A DNA stretch of 64,000 nt from the IMG/VR virus record IMGVR_UViG_3300037313_000284, positions 64,001-128,000 of that record; one strand, given 5' to 3'. Shown here piece after piece: positions 39,196-47,945 of this stretch. Position 1 is the stretch's first letter, and every line of letters begins with the position of its first letter. The DNA is from a virus. Below the pieces are notes generated by a model. That model saw nothing but the letters and a program-made list of their open reading frames with translations. It searched no databases and was not told the DNA's origin. The position numbers and the translations under genes are program-made.

Positions 39196-39489
39196 TTATT
39201 GTACTCGGTTAGGAATTTCGACGAATTGGCCGTTTTGGGTGACCATTGCTGCGCGCAAAGCTTCGACTAGAGACAGTGGCAAGTCGTCATAAGTCAAACC
39301 GTCTAGCAAGATAGTAGCGGACGCAGACTCACCGCGTACGTGTTTGACATGCGTGTTGGGAGAAATGCAATGCACTTGGGCTCCAGTAGTACCGATACTA
39401 ACCGCGTCCGCGTGTTTCCACGAAACGATAAAAATCTTCGTACGATCATCCATGTTTATTAATCCATCATCCAAAAGAATAGAATCCAC
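39196..39489 (-). CDS. Hypothetical protein
   Basis: 97 aa ORF in operon. Confidence 0.55.
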   Translation of the reverse strand: MDSILLDDGLINMDDRTKIFIVSWKHADAVSIGTTGAQVHCISPNTHVKHVRGESASATILLDGLTYDDLPLSLVEALRAAMVTQNGQFVEIPNRVQ

Positions 39490-39537
39490 GTCAGGCCTTC
39501 CACTAGTGCGCCGAAGAATTCAGCTACGACGTGACTG

Positions 39538-39933
39538 TCATGCGGCCTGTGCCAACTGTCTCTTTTTCGCTTCCGCATGTTTCAGTTTCGCCCTGATTTC
39601 GATCTCAGCCAACTTCTCATTTACTAATTGCAAATGGAGCATTTCACAAGGATGTGGCATGCGATTGTGCTTACGGTTATTGCACCTATGGTGTGCTACT
39701 AATCCGTTCTTGCGAACCCTACGACAACCCTGCTCTCGGTCATCCGGGTTCTTTGGCACAACGTGATCGAGAGAGGCTCGGTCACCAGGATGCGCGACAT
39801 TCTTACTGCGTGGATGCGGCATGCCTTTCGAGCACAGATAACAAACACCTCGTTGAAGTGCATAGATGACTTCTATCCGAGGGAGGTTCTTTTGCTTACG
39901 CGATTTCCGCCGTGCTTTCTTTGGATTGCGCAT
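39538..39933 (-). CDS. HNH endonuclease
   Basis: QRGVCYLC...SLDHVVP...N..AHHRCNNRK. Confidence 0.8.
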   Translation of the reverse strand: MRNPKKARRKSRKQKNLPRIEVIYALQRGVCYLCSKGMPHPRSKNVAHPGDRASLDHVVPKNPDDREQGCRRVRKNGLVAHHRCNNRKHNRMPHPCEMLHLQLVNEKLAEIEIRAKLKHAEAKKRQLAQAA

Positions 39934-40435
39934 TGTTACTAGCCATTCGACGTGCGGCCTCTTGCTTGATGTAATGCTCGGCGTAAGGCCAAGAGTAAAC
40001 CGGCGTCAGCAAGATTTCCGTGAATTCTTCACTACTAAGCGACTGCAACTGTTGCTCAACGGTCCGGATATTAAGCTCGTCAACGATTTGCTGGAGCGGA
40101 GCGGTAATCCAACCTGATCCTTGGCACGTGTTGCACCAATAATCGTCACTATCTCTACCGTAGCTTATTTCGGGACGATGAAAGAAAGTCGGCTTGCGTT
40201 TGAACACATCGATACGCCGCTCTCGACAGTGATGACAATCAACGTACCGCTCAGCATAGACGATAGTCCCGGCTTTGGCGTTTCCAGGTTTATTTAGCAA
40301 CCCGACTAGATGCCCATCATACACATTTCGACTAATAACCATACGGGTAGTCTGGTTCAAAACGATGAAATGTCTAGGCTTGTCGAAGTGAAGATCGCGA
40401 TCTTCGTTATCAGTCACAAATGTTTGCTCATCCAT
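39896..40435 (-). CDS. Zn-finger hypothetical protein
   Basis: CHHC...CNTCQGSG. Confidence 0.6.
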   Translation of the reverse strand: MDEQTFVTDNEDRDLHFDKPRHFIVLNQTTRMVISRNVYDGHLVGLLNKPGNAKAGTIVYAERYVDCHHCRERRIDVFKRKPTFFHRPEISYGRDSDDYWCNTCQGSGWITAPLQQIVDELNIRTVEQQLQSLSSEEFTEILLTPVYSWPYAEHYIKQEAARRMASNNAQSKESTAEIA

Positions 40436-41154
40436 TTATTAACCCTTCGTTCCGCTCGCTTGAAGTACAGCTGGTCAAGTTCGATACCAATAAATTGCCT
40501 GCCAAGTCGAAGGCACGCGATTGCGGCTGCGCCGTAGCCCATGAACGGATCGAGGACTACCCAACCCGGTTCTGTACTATTTTCGATGTAGTGGCGGAAC
40601 AGCGACACTGGCTTTTCCGTGGGGTGGGTCTTTGCTTTGTTGCGTGGATTGTTCGCCTTGAAGCCTTGCGCACTGCCTGGGTTATTAATCGTGCGCGCCG
40701 GTGGCTTGTAGAAAAACAACGTGTACTCGCAGTCTTTCATGTACCAGCGATTGGCGTTCTTAGTATTCTTGTCCCAGCGCAGTAAATTGTGGAATTTGAA
40801 ACCAACCTGTTTGGCTATCGTCAGGTATTCCAACAGCAACAGATTATTAACCATGATGTAGGCTTCGCGACCAGGTTTCAGCACGCGGTATAGTTCAGCC
40901 ATCCAGTCTTCGGTCTTGATTGCATTGTGCTTGAAAATCTTACCGTCGTTCTCTTTGAGAACCGAAACCTTCCAACCGGCCTTGTGCTTAGTGTTCTTGC
41001 CTCCGCTAATAACTTTATAGGGAGGATCGGTACAAACTAGATCGATGCTGTTGTCGGCCAGCGTGGCTAGTGTCGCCATGCAATCGCCGTGGATCAGCCT
41101 AATAGGTTCTTTCGATAACGTCGGCTTCGCTGTGAGCTTCACGGAGTTCTTCAA
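40414..41154 (-). CDS. Beta-class N6A/N4C DNA methyltransferase
   Basis: DPPY precedes HPTEKP and VLDPFMGYG; no adjacent restriction nuclease recognised. Confidence 0.9.
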   Translation of the reverse strand: MKNSVKLTAKPTLSKEPIRLIHGDCMATLATLADNSIDLVCTDPPYKVISGGKNTKHKAGWKVSVLKENDGKIFKHNAIKTEDWMAELYRVLKPGREAYIMVNNLLLLEYLTIAKQVGFKFHNLLRWDKNTKNANRWYMKDCEYTLFFYKPPARTINNPGSAQGFKANNPRNKAKTHPTEKPVSLFRHYIENSTEPGWVVLDPFMGYGAAAIACLRLGRQFIGIELDQLYFKRAERRVNKWMSKHL

Positions 41155-41365
41155 GACGGTTCCATTCGCGAGTTAGCTTAACCATTTTCTTTTGCAGACT
41201 GCGGTAACGTTTAGATACCTTAGGATCGGTCGCCAATCCTGCTACGATTAATAACTGCTTGCTCGCATCCCGCATGTAGTTGCCTGCGGTACGAAAGGTC
41301 GCTAGGAAACGATCAGCCTCGTGAATTGAAGCTTCGCTATGCCCCATGTTGCAGATGATGCACAC
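41099..41365 (-). CDS. Hypothetical protein
   Basis: MCIIC start, helical. Confidence 0.55.
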   Translation of the reverse strand: MCIICNMGHSEASIHEADRFLATFRTAGNYMRDASKQLLIVAGLATDPKVSKRYRSLQKKMVKLTREWNRLEELREAHSEADVIERTY

Positions 41366-41600
41366 GTTTATTATCCCTTATTTCTTTGCGTCTAGCGTTG
41401 TACTTGGATCGCTTATCAGGATCATCGTACATAGCGCGTTTACGTTGTCGATCATATTTATTAATAAGCGGATTACCTTGACGCGCCAGCTTGAGGCAGG
41501 TTTTGCAATTACCTTTACGCTTAGTAGCGCGCCTAGGGTCCGCGAAGAATTCAGTTTCAGGTTTTGTCTCACCGCACGTACCACAACACAATGTGCGCAT
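41337..41600 (-). CDS. Zn-ribbon basic protein
   Basis: CGTCGETKPETEFF...CKTC, like HNH N-terminal domains but with no nuclease motif. Confidence 0.55.
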   Translation of the reverse strand: MRTLCCGTCGETKPETEFFADPRRATKRKGNCKTCLKLARQGNPLINKYDRQRKRAMYDDPDKRSKYNARRKEIRDNKRVHHLQHGA

Positions 41601-41622
41601 TTAATAATTCCGGAATTTAGAC

Positions 41623-41664
41623 AAAGAAAAACCCCCGGAGAGCCGTGAAGCTCCACCGGGGGTT
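41623..41664 (-). terminator. Intrinsic terminator
   Basis: CCCCCGG...CCGGGGG plus T tract. Confidence 0.7.
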
Positions 41665-41725
41665 CGTTGGCAGCGTTGAACGGGGTTTTACTAACGCCCG
41701 TTACCCGTTCACGTCTTAGGCCGTC

Positions 41726-42436
41726 TTACTTCTTGCCCTTTTTGGCAGGAGCCTTAGCCGCCTTAGTAACCTTGGCGGGCTTGGCGCTCTTGGCTTCAGC
41801 CGTCTTCTTACCAGCCTTAACCGGGGCGGCCTTAGCGGCGGCCTTGGTAGGCTTCGGCGCAGGCTTCGCAGCCTTCACCGGAGCGGCGGTCTTCTTAGCG
41901 GCCTTAGCGGGCGCAGGAGCGGGCTTTGCCGCCTTAGTGGGAGCCTTGGTAGCCTTAGCAGGCTTCGGGGCTTCCTTGGCCTTCTTTTCAGTCTTAGCCG
42001 GAACCTTAGCCGGGGCAGCGGCCTTAGTAACCTTGGCAGCCTTAGGAGCCGTAGCCGCCGCTTGTTCACCAACTTGCAGCAGATTGGCGCGCTTGGCCTT
42101 CACGGTAGCCGAGAACTTGCCCTTACCACGTTCGGTAATAACCAGAGACTTGTTGCCTTGCAGCTTCGTAAGCAGGGCCGCGTAGTCAACGCCAAATTCC
42201 TTGGCAACCTTAGCAGTAACCAGACCACCCGTTTCCGCGACGACCTTAGCAGCTGCGTTCAGCTTCGGCGGCAGGGATTCCACCGGCGTAGTATTTTCAC
42301 GTTGCAGCGCGTGCGACTTGCCGAACGTCAGCGCCACGGAGCCCGGCGGGACCTTGGCGGGAGCTTCCTTGCCGATGACGACCGCTTGATGCGAGCCGAG
42401 CGCGGCGAGGGTTTGTTTCAGAGCCTTGTTGGACAT
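41726..42436 (-). CDS. Histone H1-like protein with globular N-domain
   Basis: C-terminal half of K/A/P repeats. Confidence 0.8.
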   Translation of the reverse strand: MSNKALKQTLAALGSHQAVVIGKEAPAKVPPGSVALTFGKSHALQRENTTPVESLPPKLNAAAKVVAETGGLVTAKVAKEFGVDYAALLTKLQGNKSLVITERGKGKFSATVKAKRANLLQVGEQAAATAPKAAKVTKAAAPAKVPAKTEKKAKEAPKPAKATKAPTKAAKPAPAPAKAAKKTAAPVKAAKPAPKPTKAAAKAAPVKAGKKTAEAKSAKPAKVTKAAKAPAKKGKK

Positions 42437-42548
42437 TATGAGTTCCTGTTTGAGTTAGTTGACCGTGTGGAATTAACCTCTACTCCGAGCCCCCTGTCAC
42501 GGTCAACAGGTAAACTAATAAAATCGGAAAAGGTTGCTGGGCGTTGTG

Positions 42549-43064
42549 TCAGTAGCCTTCGAGCCTTGGACTGCCTCGGCGGCCCTTGCTCTTGTAGGCC
42601 AAATTAGTTCTGGCGGAAGGCGGGATGATTGGCGGGGCTTTCCGCGCCGATCCCGGCTGAGTTGCTATGCGGGCGTGCTTAGCACAGTAGCGGGAGATCG
42701 TAATATTTTTGCTATTGCTACGATAGGGAATTTCTTGACCGCAGCACAGATTACTAGCGGCATTGAAAACCCGCCACGTGCCAACCGGAAAGCGACATTG
42801 ATTAGGCTTGGCCTCGCTGTATAGGACTGCGCTCATCGTCGGCGGATGGCGCGCAACTTCTATAATCTCTGCGCTTGGTGGTTCTAATGTTCCGCCGTTG
42901 ACCAGAATGAAACTGCGTAAATCCATTCGCGTCTCACGATGCATAGTGTCGACATGTATTGCTGCCGCCTTCATCAAATCAACGATATTAAAATGGCCTT
43001 GCTCCATCCGTTCAGTAATAGCGGCTTTAGCAAAGGCAACTGCCAATGGTGTGTTCGTAATCAT
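42549..43064 (-). CDS. GcrA C-terminal-domain-like protein
   Basis: QCRFPVG...CG...YCAKHARIATQP matches the GcrA CTD pattern; GcrA N-terminal HTH not evident. Confidence 0.7.
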   Translation of the reverse strand: MITNTPLAVAFAKAAITERMEQGHFNIVDLMKAAAIHVDTMHRETRMDLRSFILVNGGTLEPPSAEIIEVARHPPTMSAVLYSEAKPNQCRFPVGTWRVFNAASNLCCGQEIPYRSNSKNITISRYCAKHARIATQPGSARKAPPIIPPSARTNLAYKSKGRRGSPRLEGY

Positions 43065-43150
43065 AAAGGCACGCCAGCTTTCTCGGGGTGCAGGAAATTC
43101 GTGCTCCCAAATTACGCTGGCGTGCCACAGTGTTTTAGGTCGGTGCGGCC

Positions 43151-43693
43151 TCAGTGAAAACCCAATTCGCGGCAGAGCGCGCCGACATATTCGTAGGCCT
43201 TTTCAATTGGACCTTCCGTCTCGACGTTACGGCGCACGTACTCAATAGCTTGCGCTCGACGTTTACTAAATGACAAATGCTTTACCGAGTCGAGACGTTT
43301 GGTCAGGATCGCAGTCACGTGCTCACGGTGAGAAATGAATTGCACGCTGGGGTCAGGTGGACGATTCTCCACCAATGCGGGTTTATTGTTTTTACCGTTA
43401 ATAAGCGGCAGATCGATTTCAGGATGCGCTACAGTTAGATCGTGATCCTCGATATACCCATGACCATAGCGCATGGACTCGCTGTAGCCTTCCACGCGGT
43501 CAACGTGAAGGCCGACAACGAAAGCTGCGCTAACAGGTTCCACCGCCCACGAACCGCCGCGTCCGCTCTCACGAACCTGTTGCCGTTGTGCCTCGCGTAC
43601 ACCTGCAAGCATTCCCTTATGTGACAGCTTCTCTCCGAAGATAATAGGAACTTTTTCGCCGTCCACTTCGACGATGATGTATTTCATTCGCAT
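43151..43693 (-). CDS. Hypothetical protein
   Basis: Start refined to MRMKY after SD AGGAGA. Confidence 0.65.
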   Translation of the reverse strand: MRMKYIIVEVDGEKVPIIFGEKLSHKGMLAGVREAQRQQVRESGRGGSWAVEPVSAAFVVGLHVDRVEGYSESMRYGHGYIEDHDLTVAHPEIDLPLINGKNNKPALVENRPPDPSVQFISHREHVTAILTKRLDSVKHLSFSKRRAQAIEYVRRNVETEGPIEKAYEYVGALCRELGFH

Positions 43694-43760
43694 ATTATTC
43701 TCCTGTCCAGAATGAAAGAAAAGGCCGGGGTTGATCCCGGCCTTTATGTGTTGCGTAACC

Positions 43761-44132
43761 CTAGGCGTTGGATTCAGGCTTCGGTACTCGCTTTCGATAG
43801 TGCGTGACTCTAGCGCCGGGAACATCGCGTCTATTAATAACACCTCCCCACACTTCGTGGGCAGGATACCAACTGCCGTCGCCACCGGGCATGTATTCTG
43901 TACGAAATTGAACTTCTTCCTTACCGTCCACTTCGGGTGGCATATCGTAACCACTAACTTCAGTCCAAGCCGCGACCAAATCGATTTCCTTGGGCGCGTC
44001 AGCCATAACTTCTATCTTACGCCGCAGATATTCCGGAGCGTAAGCGATAGCGGCTTCCAAAGCGCCTCGTGCTTCACCCTCACTGTCGGTGTGAGTTGCG
44101 GCAACGGTGACTTGGAATGTATAGAACTTCAT
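43761..44132 (-). CDS. Hypothetical protein
   Basis: Start refined to MKFYT after SD GGGAGAG. Confidence 0.65.
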   Translation of the reverse strand: MKFYTFQVTVAATHTDSEGEARGALEAAIAYAPEYLRRKIEVMADAPKEIDLVAAWTEVSGYDMPPEVDGKEEVQFRTEYMPGGDGSWYPAHEVWGGVINRRDVPGARVTHYRKRVPKPESNA

Positions 44133-44184
44133 TATTAACTCTCCCTTGTTTGCAGGCTTTCCTGTCCGAGTTGGCCTTAGGCGC

Positions 44185-44246
44185 ATCATAGCACAGCTAT
44201 AAGCGAATCGCAAAACAAAACCCCCGGTGGAATTCCACCGGGGGTT
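44185..44246 (-). promoter_or_regulatory. Terminator plus sigma70-type promoter cassette
   Basis: 28-bp palindrome 44219-44246, then TTGCGA-N17-TATGAT. Confidence 0.7.
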
Positions 44247-44274
44247 ATTTACGTGACTACGCTAGTCGGTCGTC

Positions 44275-45018
44275 TTACGCGTAAGCGCGCCTGCGGCGCA
44301 TCAGCGCGCCCGCCGAGCCGAAGCCCATAATCATCAGCGCCCACGACGCGGGTTCAGGAACCACAGACGCCGGGGGCGGCGGCACTTCGTTCGAGGGCGT
44401 GTAAAGCGTCAGCGTCGAAGTGTAGTCGAACGGCGTCTTATAATCGGTATCGACTTGCAGTCCGTCGAATAGCAGCGTCCCGTTAATCGCAGTAGCAATC
44501 ACACCGTACTCGCCTGCCGTAGGCGCGCGGTATGAAATTTGCGTCCAAGGCGTCGCCGCGCTGTAACCCGTTGGGGCGTTGTAGCGCGTCGTAACGCCGC
44601 CGTCCGTGATCCACAGCGAGTTATCCTGCATGAGGAATTCAAACACCGGCTTCTGTTCGTTGACCTTGTAGAAGCGCACCGACAGTTCCAAGAGGCTGCC
44701 GACTTCCGGGTTAACACCCGCCGCGTAGGCGGTAAGTACGTCACCCTCGTTCAGGGTCGCGAACGGGAAGTAGAGAATCTTCGATTCGTACGAGGGCGTT
44801 CCGCTAATAACCGCCATCTTCGTACCTTCGTATGCCGTGACCGTCGTATCCCCCGACGTGAAACTGGCGGCGACGGTTGCAGGATTGATCTGCTCGTAAG
44901 GATTCATCCAGTTAGTAAAACTACCGTCTTCGAAACCTCCGTTGACGAGAACAGCCGAATTTGCGACGCCAGCGAAAGTGATAGAGGCGAGGGCGGCTAG
45001 GATAAGCGTACGTTGCAT
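44275..45018 (-). CDS. PEPxxWA-CTERM sorting-signal protein
   Basis: Signal peptide, VNGGFE, C-terminal VPEPASWALMIMGFGSAGALMRRRR. Confidence 0.9.
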   Translation of the reverse strand: MQRTLILAALASITFAGVANSAVLVNGGFEDGSFTNWMNPYEQINPATVAASFTSGDTTVTAYEGTKMAVISGTPSYESKILYFPFATLNEGDVLTAYAAGVNPEVGSLLELSVRFYKVNEQKPVFEFLMQDNSLWITDGGVTTRYNAPTGYSAATPWTQISYRAPTAGEYGVIATAINGTLLFDGLQVDTDYKTPFDYTSTLTLYTPSNEVPPPPASVVPEPASWALMIMGFGSAGALMRRRRAYA

Positions 45019-45069
45019 TGGAAAGGCTCCCGATGGGGTTGTGTGGTCGCCCGCAGAGGGCGCGCCCCT

Positions 45070-45144
45070 ACTATAGCACGACTATATCGTAGGTTGCAAG
45101 CGTAAAAACGCCCCGGTTTCCTAAAAAGGAAACCGGGGCGTTTT
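45070..45144 (-). promoter_or_regulatory. Terminator plus sigma70-type promoter cassette
   Basis: AAAACGCCCCGGTTTCC..GGAAACCGGGGCGTTTT, then TTGCAA-N18-TATAGT. Confidence 0.7.
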
Positions 45145-45173
45145 GCGTTAGCTCTTAGCTTTATAGGCTACTG

Positions 45174-45623
45174 CTAGCCGCCGCGCCCTTGCGCAACGGT
45201 CGTAATCGTCATGTCAGCCGTCAGCTTGCGCGATTCCCCAACCACGCTGTTGTTAGCGTCCCGAAGCATGAGACTTCCGGTAATGCCCGCTGCCTTCATG
45301 GCCTGCTTAACCGTCGAACCGGAAGCCACTTCCGCAGTACCCGACTTCACACCAGCGAACTTGACCGTGATGTTATTAGAAGCAACCGGAGCCGGATCGA
45401 TAGTCGGAGTCGGCTGATCCGTGGTCGTGGCAGGGTCAGGTTGCGCCGTTTCGGTAGCAGCCTCGCTACTAACAGGTTCCGCTTCCGGCGCAGCAGTCGT
45501 TTCAGCGCTATCGTTGGTGGAAGCTTCCGACTGAGCTTCGTTAGTCGGCAGACCCGCGTCAGCGCTTGCGTCACCCGACACAGTGTTCTCGGTAGCTTCG
45601 GAATTAGTAGAATCGTTGTTCAT
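45174..45623 (-). CDS. Ubiquitin-like (beta-grasp) protein with disordered N-terminal extension, ending in GG
   Basis: C-terminal ~66 aa ITVKFAG..EVASGSTVKQAMKAAG..RKLTADMTITTVAQGRGG-stop; SD AAGGA. Confidence 0.8.
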   Translation of the reverse strand: MNNDSTNSEATENTVSGDASADAGLPTNEAQSEASTNDSAETTAAPEAEPVSSEAATETAQPDPATTTDQPTPTIDPAPVASNNITVKFAGVKSGTAEVASGSTVKQAMKAAGITGSLMLRDANNSVVGESRKLTADMTITTVAQGRGG

Positions 45624-45680
45624 AGTCTGTCCTTTTCTAATAACCCACAGAGACGAACAGCCCGCCCCCGCTTACCAACG

Positions 45681-46367
45681 CTACCCGAACTTGCGGGAAA
45701 GCATCTTCCATTGCGGCTGAACTTGGGTAATAACCTCATTAGCCGTCAGATTGTTGTTCAAGGCTTGCATGCACAACCACAGCGTCATTTGACTGCCGAT
45801 CTGTGCCGTCGCTCCAATTGAGAGGACGTTACCGCAGGTTCCCCGTTCCTCAGAAACCTCCGAGTCATCATACAGCGTTTCACGGTAGGAAGCAACTTGC
45901 TCCAAATCGCGAGGCGAAAACGCGTAGCTCATCGTTTGATAAGCATCGATACGGGTATCGAACGCCCATTGCACTTTCGGATTAATGAACAACCCGGCGT
46001 TAGTAATGAGCTTACGCACCGCCATGGTATCCACGCACATAAACACCACGTCGTATTTCAACTTCTCTCGTTCGTAACGCGACACAATCGAGTTAATGGT
46101 TGTGCCTGTAGCGTCGTGGATGCGGTAGGTAAGCGCTACTACCTTGGACGAACCAATGTCCTCCGGTCCGTAAACGTATTGGTTAGGCAGATTGTGCGCT
46201 TCCACCACGTCATCATCCATGACGGTGATATTAGTAAGTCCAAGTTTGGCAAGGCCGAGCGCAATGCTCGACCCCACCGCACCTGCGCCAATGACAAGGA
46301 AGCTTAGATGCTCGAAGGTCTCCGGGTTGAAGACCGATTGGTGTCTAATAATTTCCATGTGGATCAA
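45681..46367 (-). CDS. ThiF/E1-family adenylyltransferase
   Basis: VIGAGAVGS, DDDVVEAHNLPNQ, IGSSKV, CVD...R, putative catalytic Cys in GTCG. Confidence 0.92.
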   Translation of the reverse strand: MIHMEIIRHQSVFNPETFEHLSFLVIGAGAVGSSIALGLAKLGLTNITVMDDDVVEAHNLPNQYVYGPEDIGSSKVVALTYRIHDATGTTINSIVSRYEREKLKYDVVFMCVDTMAVRKLITNAGLFINPKVQWAFDTRIDAYQTMSYAFSPRDLEQVASYRETLYDDSEVSEERGTCGNVLSIGATAQIGSQMTLWLCMQALNNNLTANEVITQVQPQWKMLSRKFG

Positions 46368-47839
46368 TCCTCGTCCTCATCGTCGTCACTGTCATCGTCG
46401 CCATCGACAAGCGGGTCGTTAGTATGTGCGTTCATCGCCGTTAGGATTGTCTCTTCGACTTCGTGAAGAGAATTATTCCCGTCACTCCACTCGCCAGCAA
46501 TAGCCTGCCATGATGAAACATACGTAGTAGAAGGTGCGGTTTTTCTATCAGGCAGGAGACCAAATTTATGATCATATGATTCATCCACCATGCGGTAGTA
46601 TTCCATTACCGCAAGGATCAACGAATAGTAGTCAAACGTTCGCAAGGCAGAACCAAACACCCTACTGAAGGTGCCAACGCAATTGTTGTGCGGGTTTCGA
46701 TAACCGGGAGTTGGGCTTGCGATGTTTCTGGCACGTACCGCACCGCTGATGTTAACTTGGATTTCGAACTTACCGCAGTAACGTTCTTCTCCTGTTCGCT
46801 GTCTGGTAGCCAACATCGTTTTGGTAATAACCGTGAACCCGAACTTCGTGGGTGTGAACGATTCCAATTCAGGGATCGTGCGAAGCTGATCAATGTTCGA
46901 TTGGATGGCAGAGTTAGTATTGTCTTTCGCAGACTTCTCCAGCAATTGCAATCGGCCGATCTTAAGTTCCTCTTCGATCAAGGCCTTGTTGAGTTTTTCT
47001 AGGCGTGTTTCAGCCTTGGTTCTCTCGGCAACGATGTTTTTAGTAATAGCGCCGCGCCACCGTTCCACCAAAACTTCGTCTGTCACTGGCGTAAGAGGCT
47101 GAGCATTCAGCCAATCGACGTGTCCCATAAAGGTCGTAAAGACGAAGTTTCCGACCGTGACGTAACCGTGTCGAGAAATAGTAAACTCGTTAGTTTGTAT
47201 TTTGGGAATCTTGAACGGCTTCGTAGGTGTCGAGTCCGCCGGTGTCAGTTCCGTGAACGCCCCGTTTAACTTGGGGGCCTTCTCGACGTTGAAATGAATC
47301 CCCTCAATCAACACACCGTGCACGTAGACAATCGTCCTGGCGGTTCCTCGGCCAATAACCTCATTTGAATTAGCAGAGAACCATGCTTTGGCGCTACCCT
47401 CGTCGGCAAGAGCGTCAATGGTGATCAGGTTATTCTGCATGCATCCGAAGATTTTTCGCTGGACCTTACCACTATCGCTAGACGCCGGTCTTGTATAATG
47501 ACGATCCTGCGAACAAGCTTGTTGCAGCGTATGATAATCGTACTCACGCCGATCTGTCATTAGCGACAATTTCCTGACAGACTTATATCTCTCGTTTCGC
47601 TTACTAATTGCTTCATTAGCTGCCGCAACGAACGGGTCATCCGACACGCGAACGCTAGCATGTCGCCTATCCAAAACGGTCGTAGCGAATTGGAGATTAC
47701 CTTCCAACTCACTAATAATTCGGTCCAGGCTTCCGGCGGTACCACCTTTCACGGGCTTACCCTCGACTCCCCGGATTTTCATCATCAGGAGGAAGTTATC
47801 ACGGTTGGACGGAAGCACGTCGCTAAGACGGATTTTCAT
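46364..47839 (-). CDS. Coiled-coil protein with C-terminal prokaryotic E2-like domain
   Basis: GKFEIQV..VRARN..NPHNNCVG..helical YYSLILAVMEYY; ATGA overlap with the E1 gene. Confidence 0.55.
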   Translation of the reverse strand: MKIRLSDVLPSNRDNFLLMMKIRGVEGKPVKGGTAGSLDRIISELEGNLQFATTVLDRRHASVRVSDDPFVAAANEAISKRNERYKSVRKLSLMTDRREYDYHTLQQACSQDRHYTRPASSDSGKVQRKIFGCMQNNLITIDALADEGSAKAWFSANSNEVIGRGTARTIVYVHGVLIEGIHFNVEKAPKLNGAFTELTPADSTPTKPFKIPKIQTNEFTISRHGYVTVGNFVFTTFMGHVDWLNAQPLTPVTDEVLVERWRGAITKNIVAERTKAETRLEKLNKALIEEELKIGRLQLLEKSAKDNTNSAIQSNIDQLRTIPELESFTPTKFGFTVITKTMLATRQRTGEERYCGKFEIQVNISGAVRARNIASPTPGYRNPHNNCVGTFSRVFGSALRTFDYYSLILAVMEYYRMVDESYDHKFGLLPDRKTAPSTTYVSSWQAIAGEWSDGNNSLHEVEETILTAMNAHTNDPLVDGDDDSDDDEDED

Positions 47840-47869
47840 CTTATTAACTCTCCATTGTATTGTGGCTGA

Positions 47870-47943
47870 AGCATAGCACGATGTATGAATCGCTGCAAAT
47901 CAGCCAAAAAGAAACCCGCCACATCGAAACGTAGCGGGTTCTT
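47870..47943 (-). promoter_or_regulatory. Terminator plus sigma70-type promoter of the E2-E1-Ubl operon
   Basis: AACCCGC..GCGGGTT hairpin plus T tract, then TTGCAG-N17-TATGCT. Confidence 0.7.
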
Positions 47944-47945
47944 GG

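Noticed and set aside
40414-41154. Calling the MTase ccrM or part of a restriction-modification pair
   Set aside because: It lacks the long CcrM C-terminal domain and specificity cannot be read from sequence; the nearby HNH is not evidently a cognate restriction enzyme
45681-46367. ThiF/MoeB as a thiamine or molybdopterin biosynthesis gene
   Set aside because: No thiG/moaE partners, no Zn-binding CxxC pairs, and it is coupled to an E2-like gene and an extended Ubl
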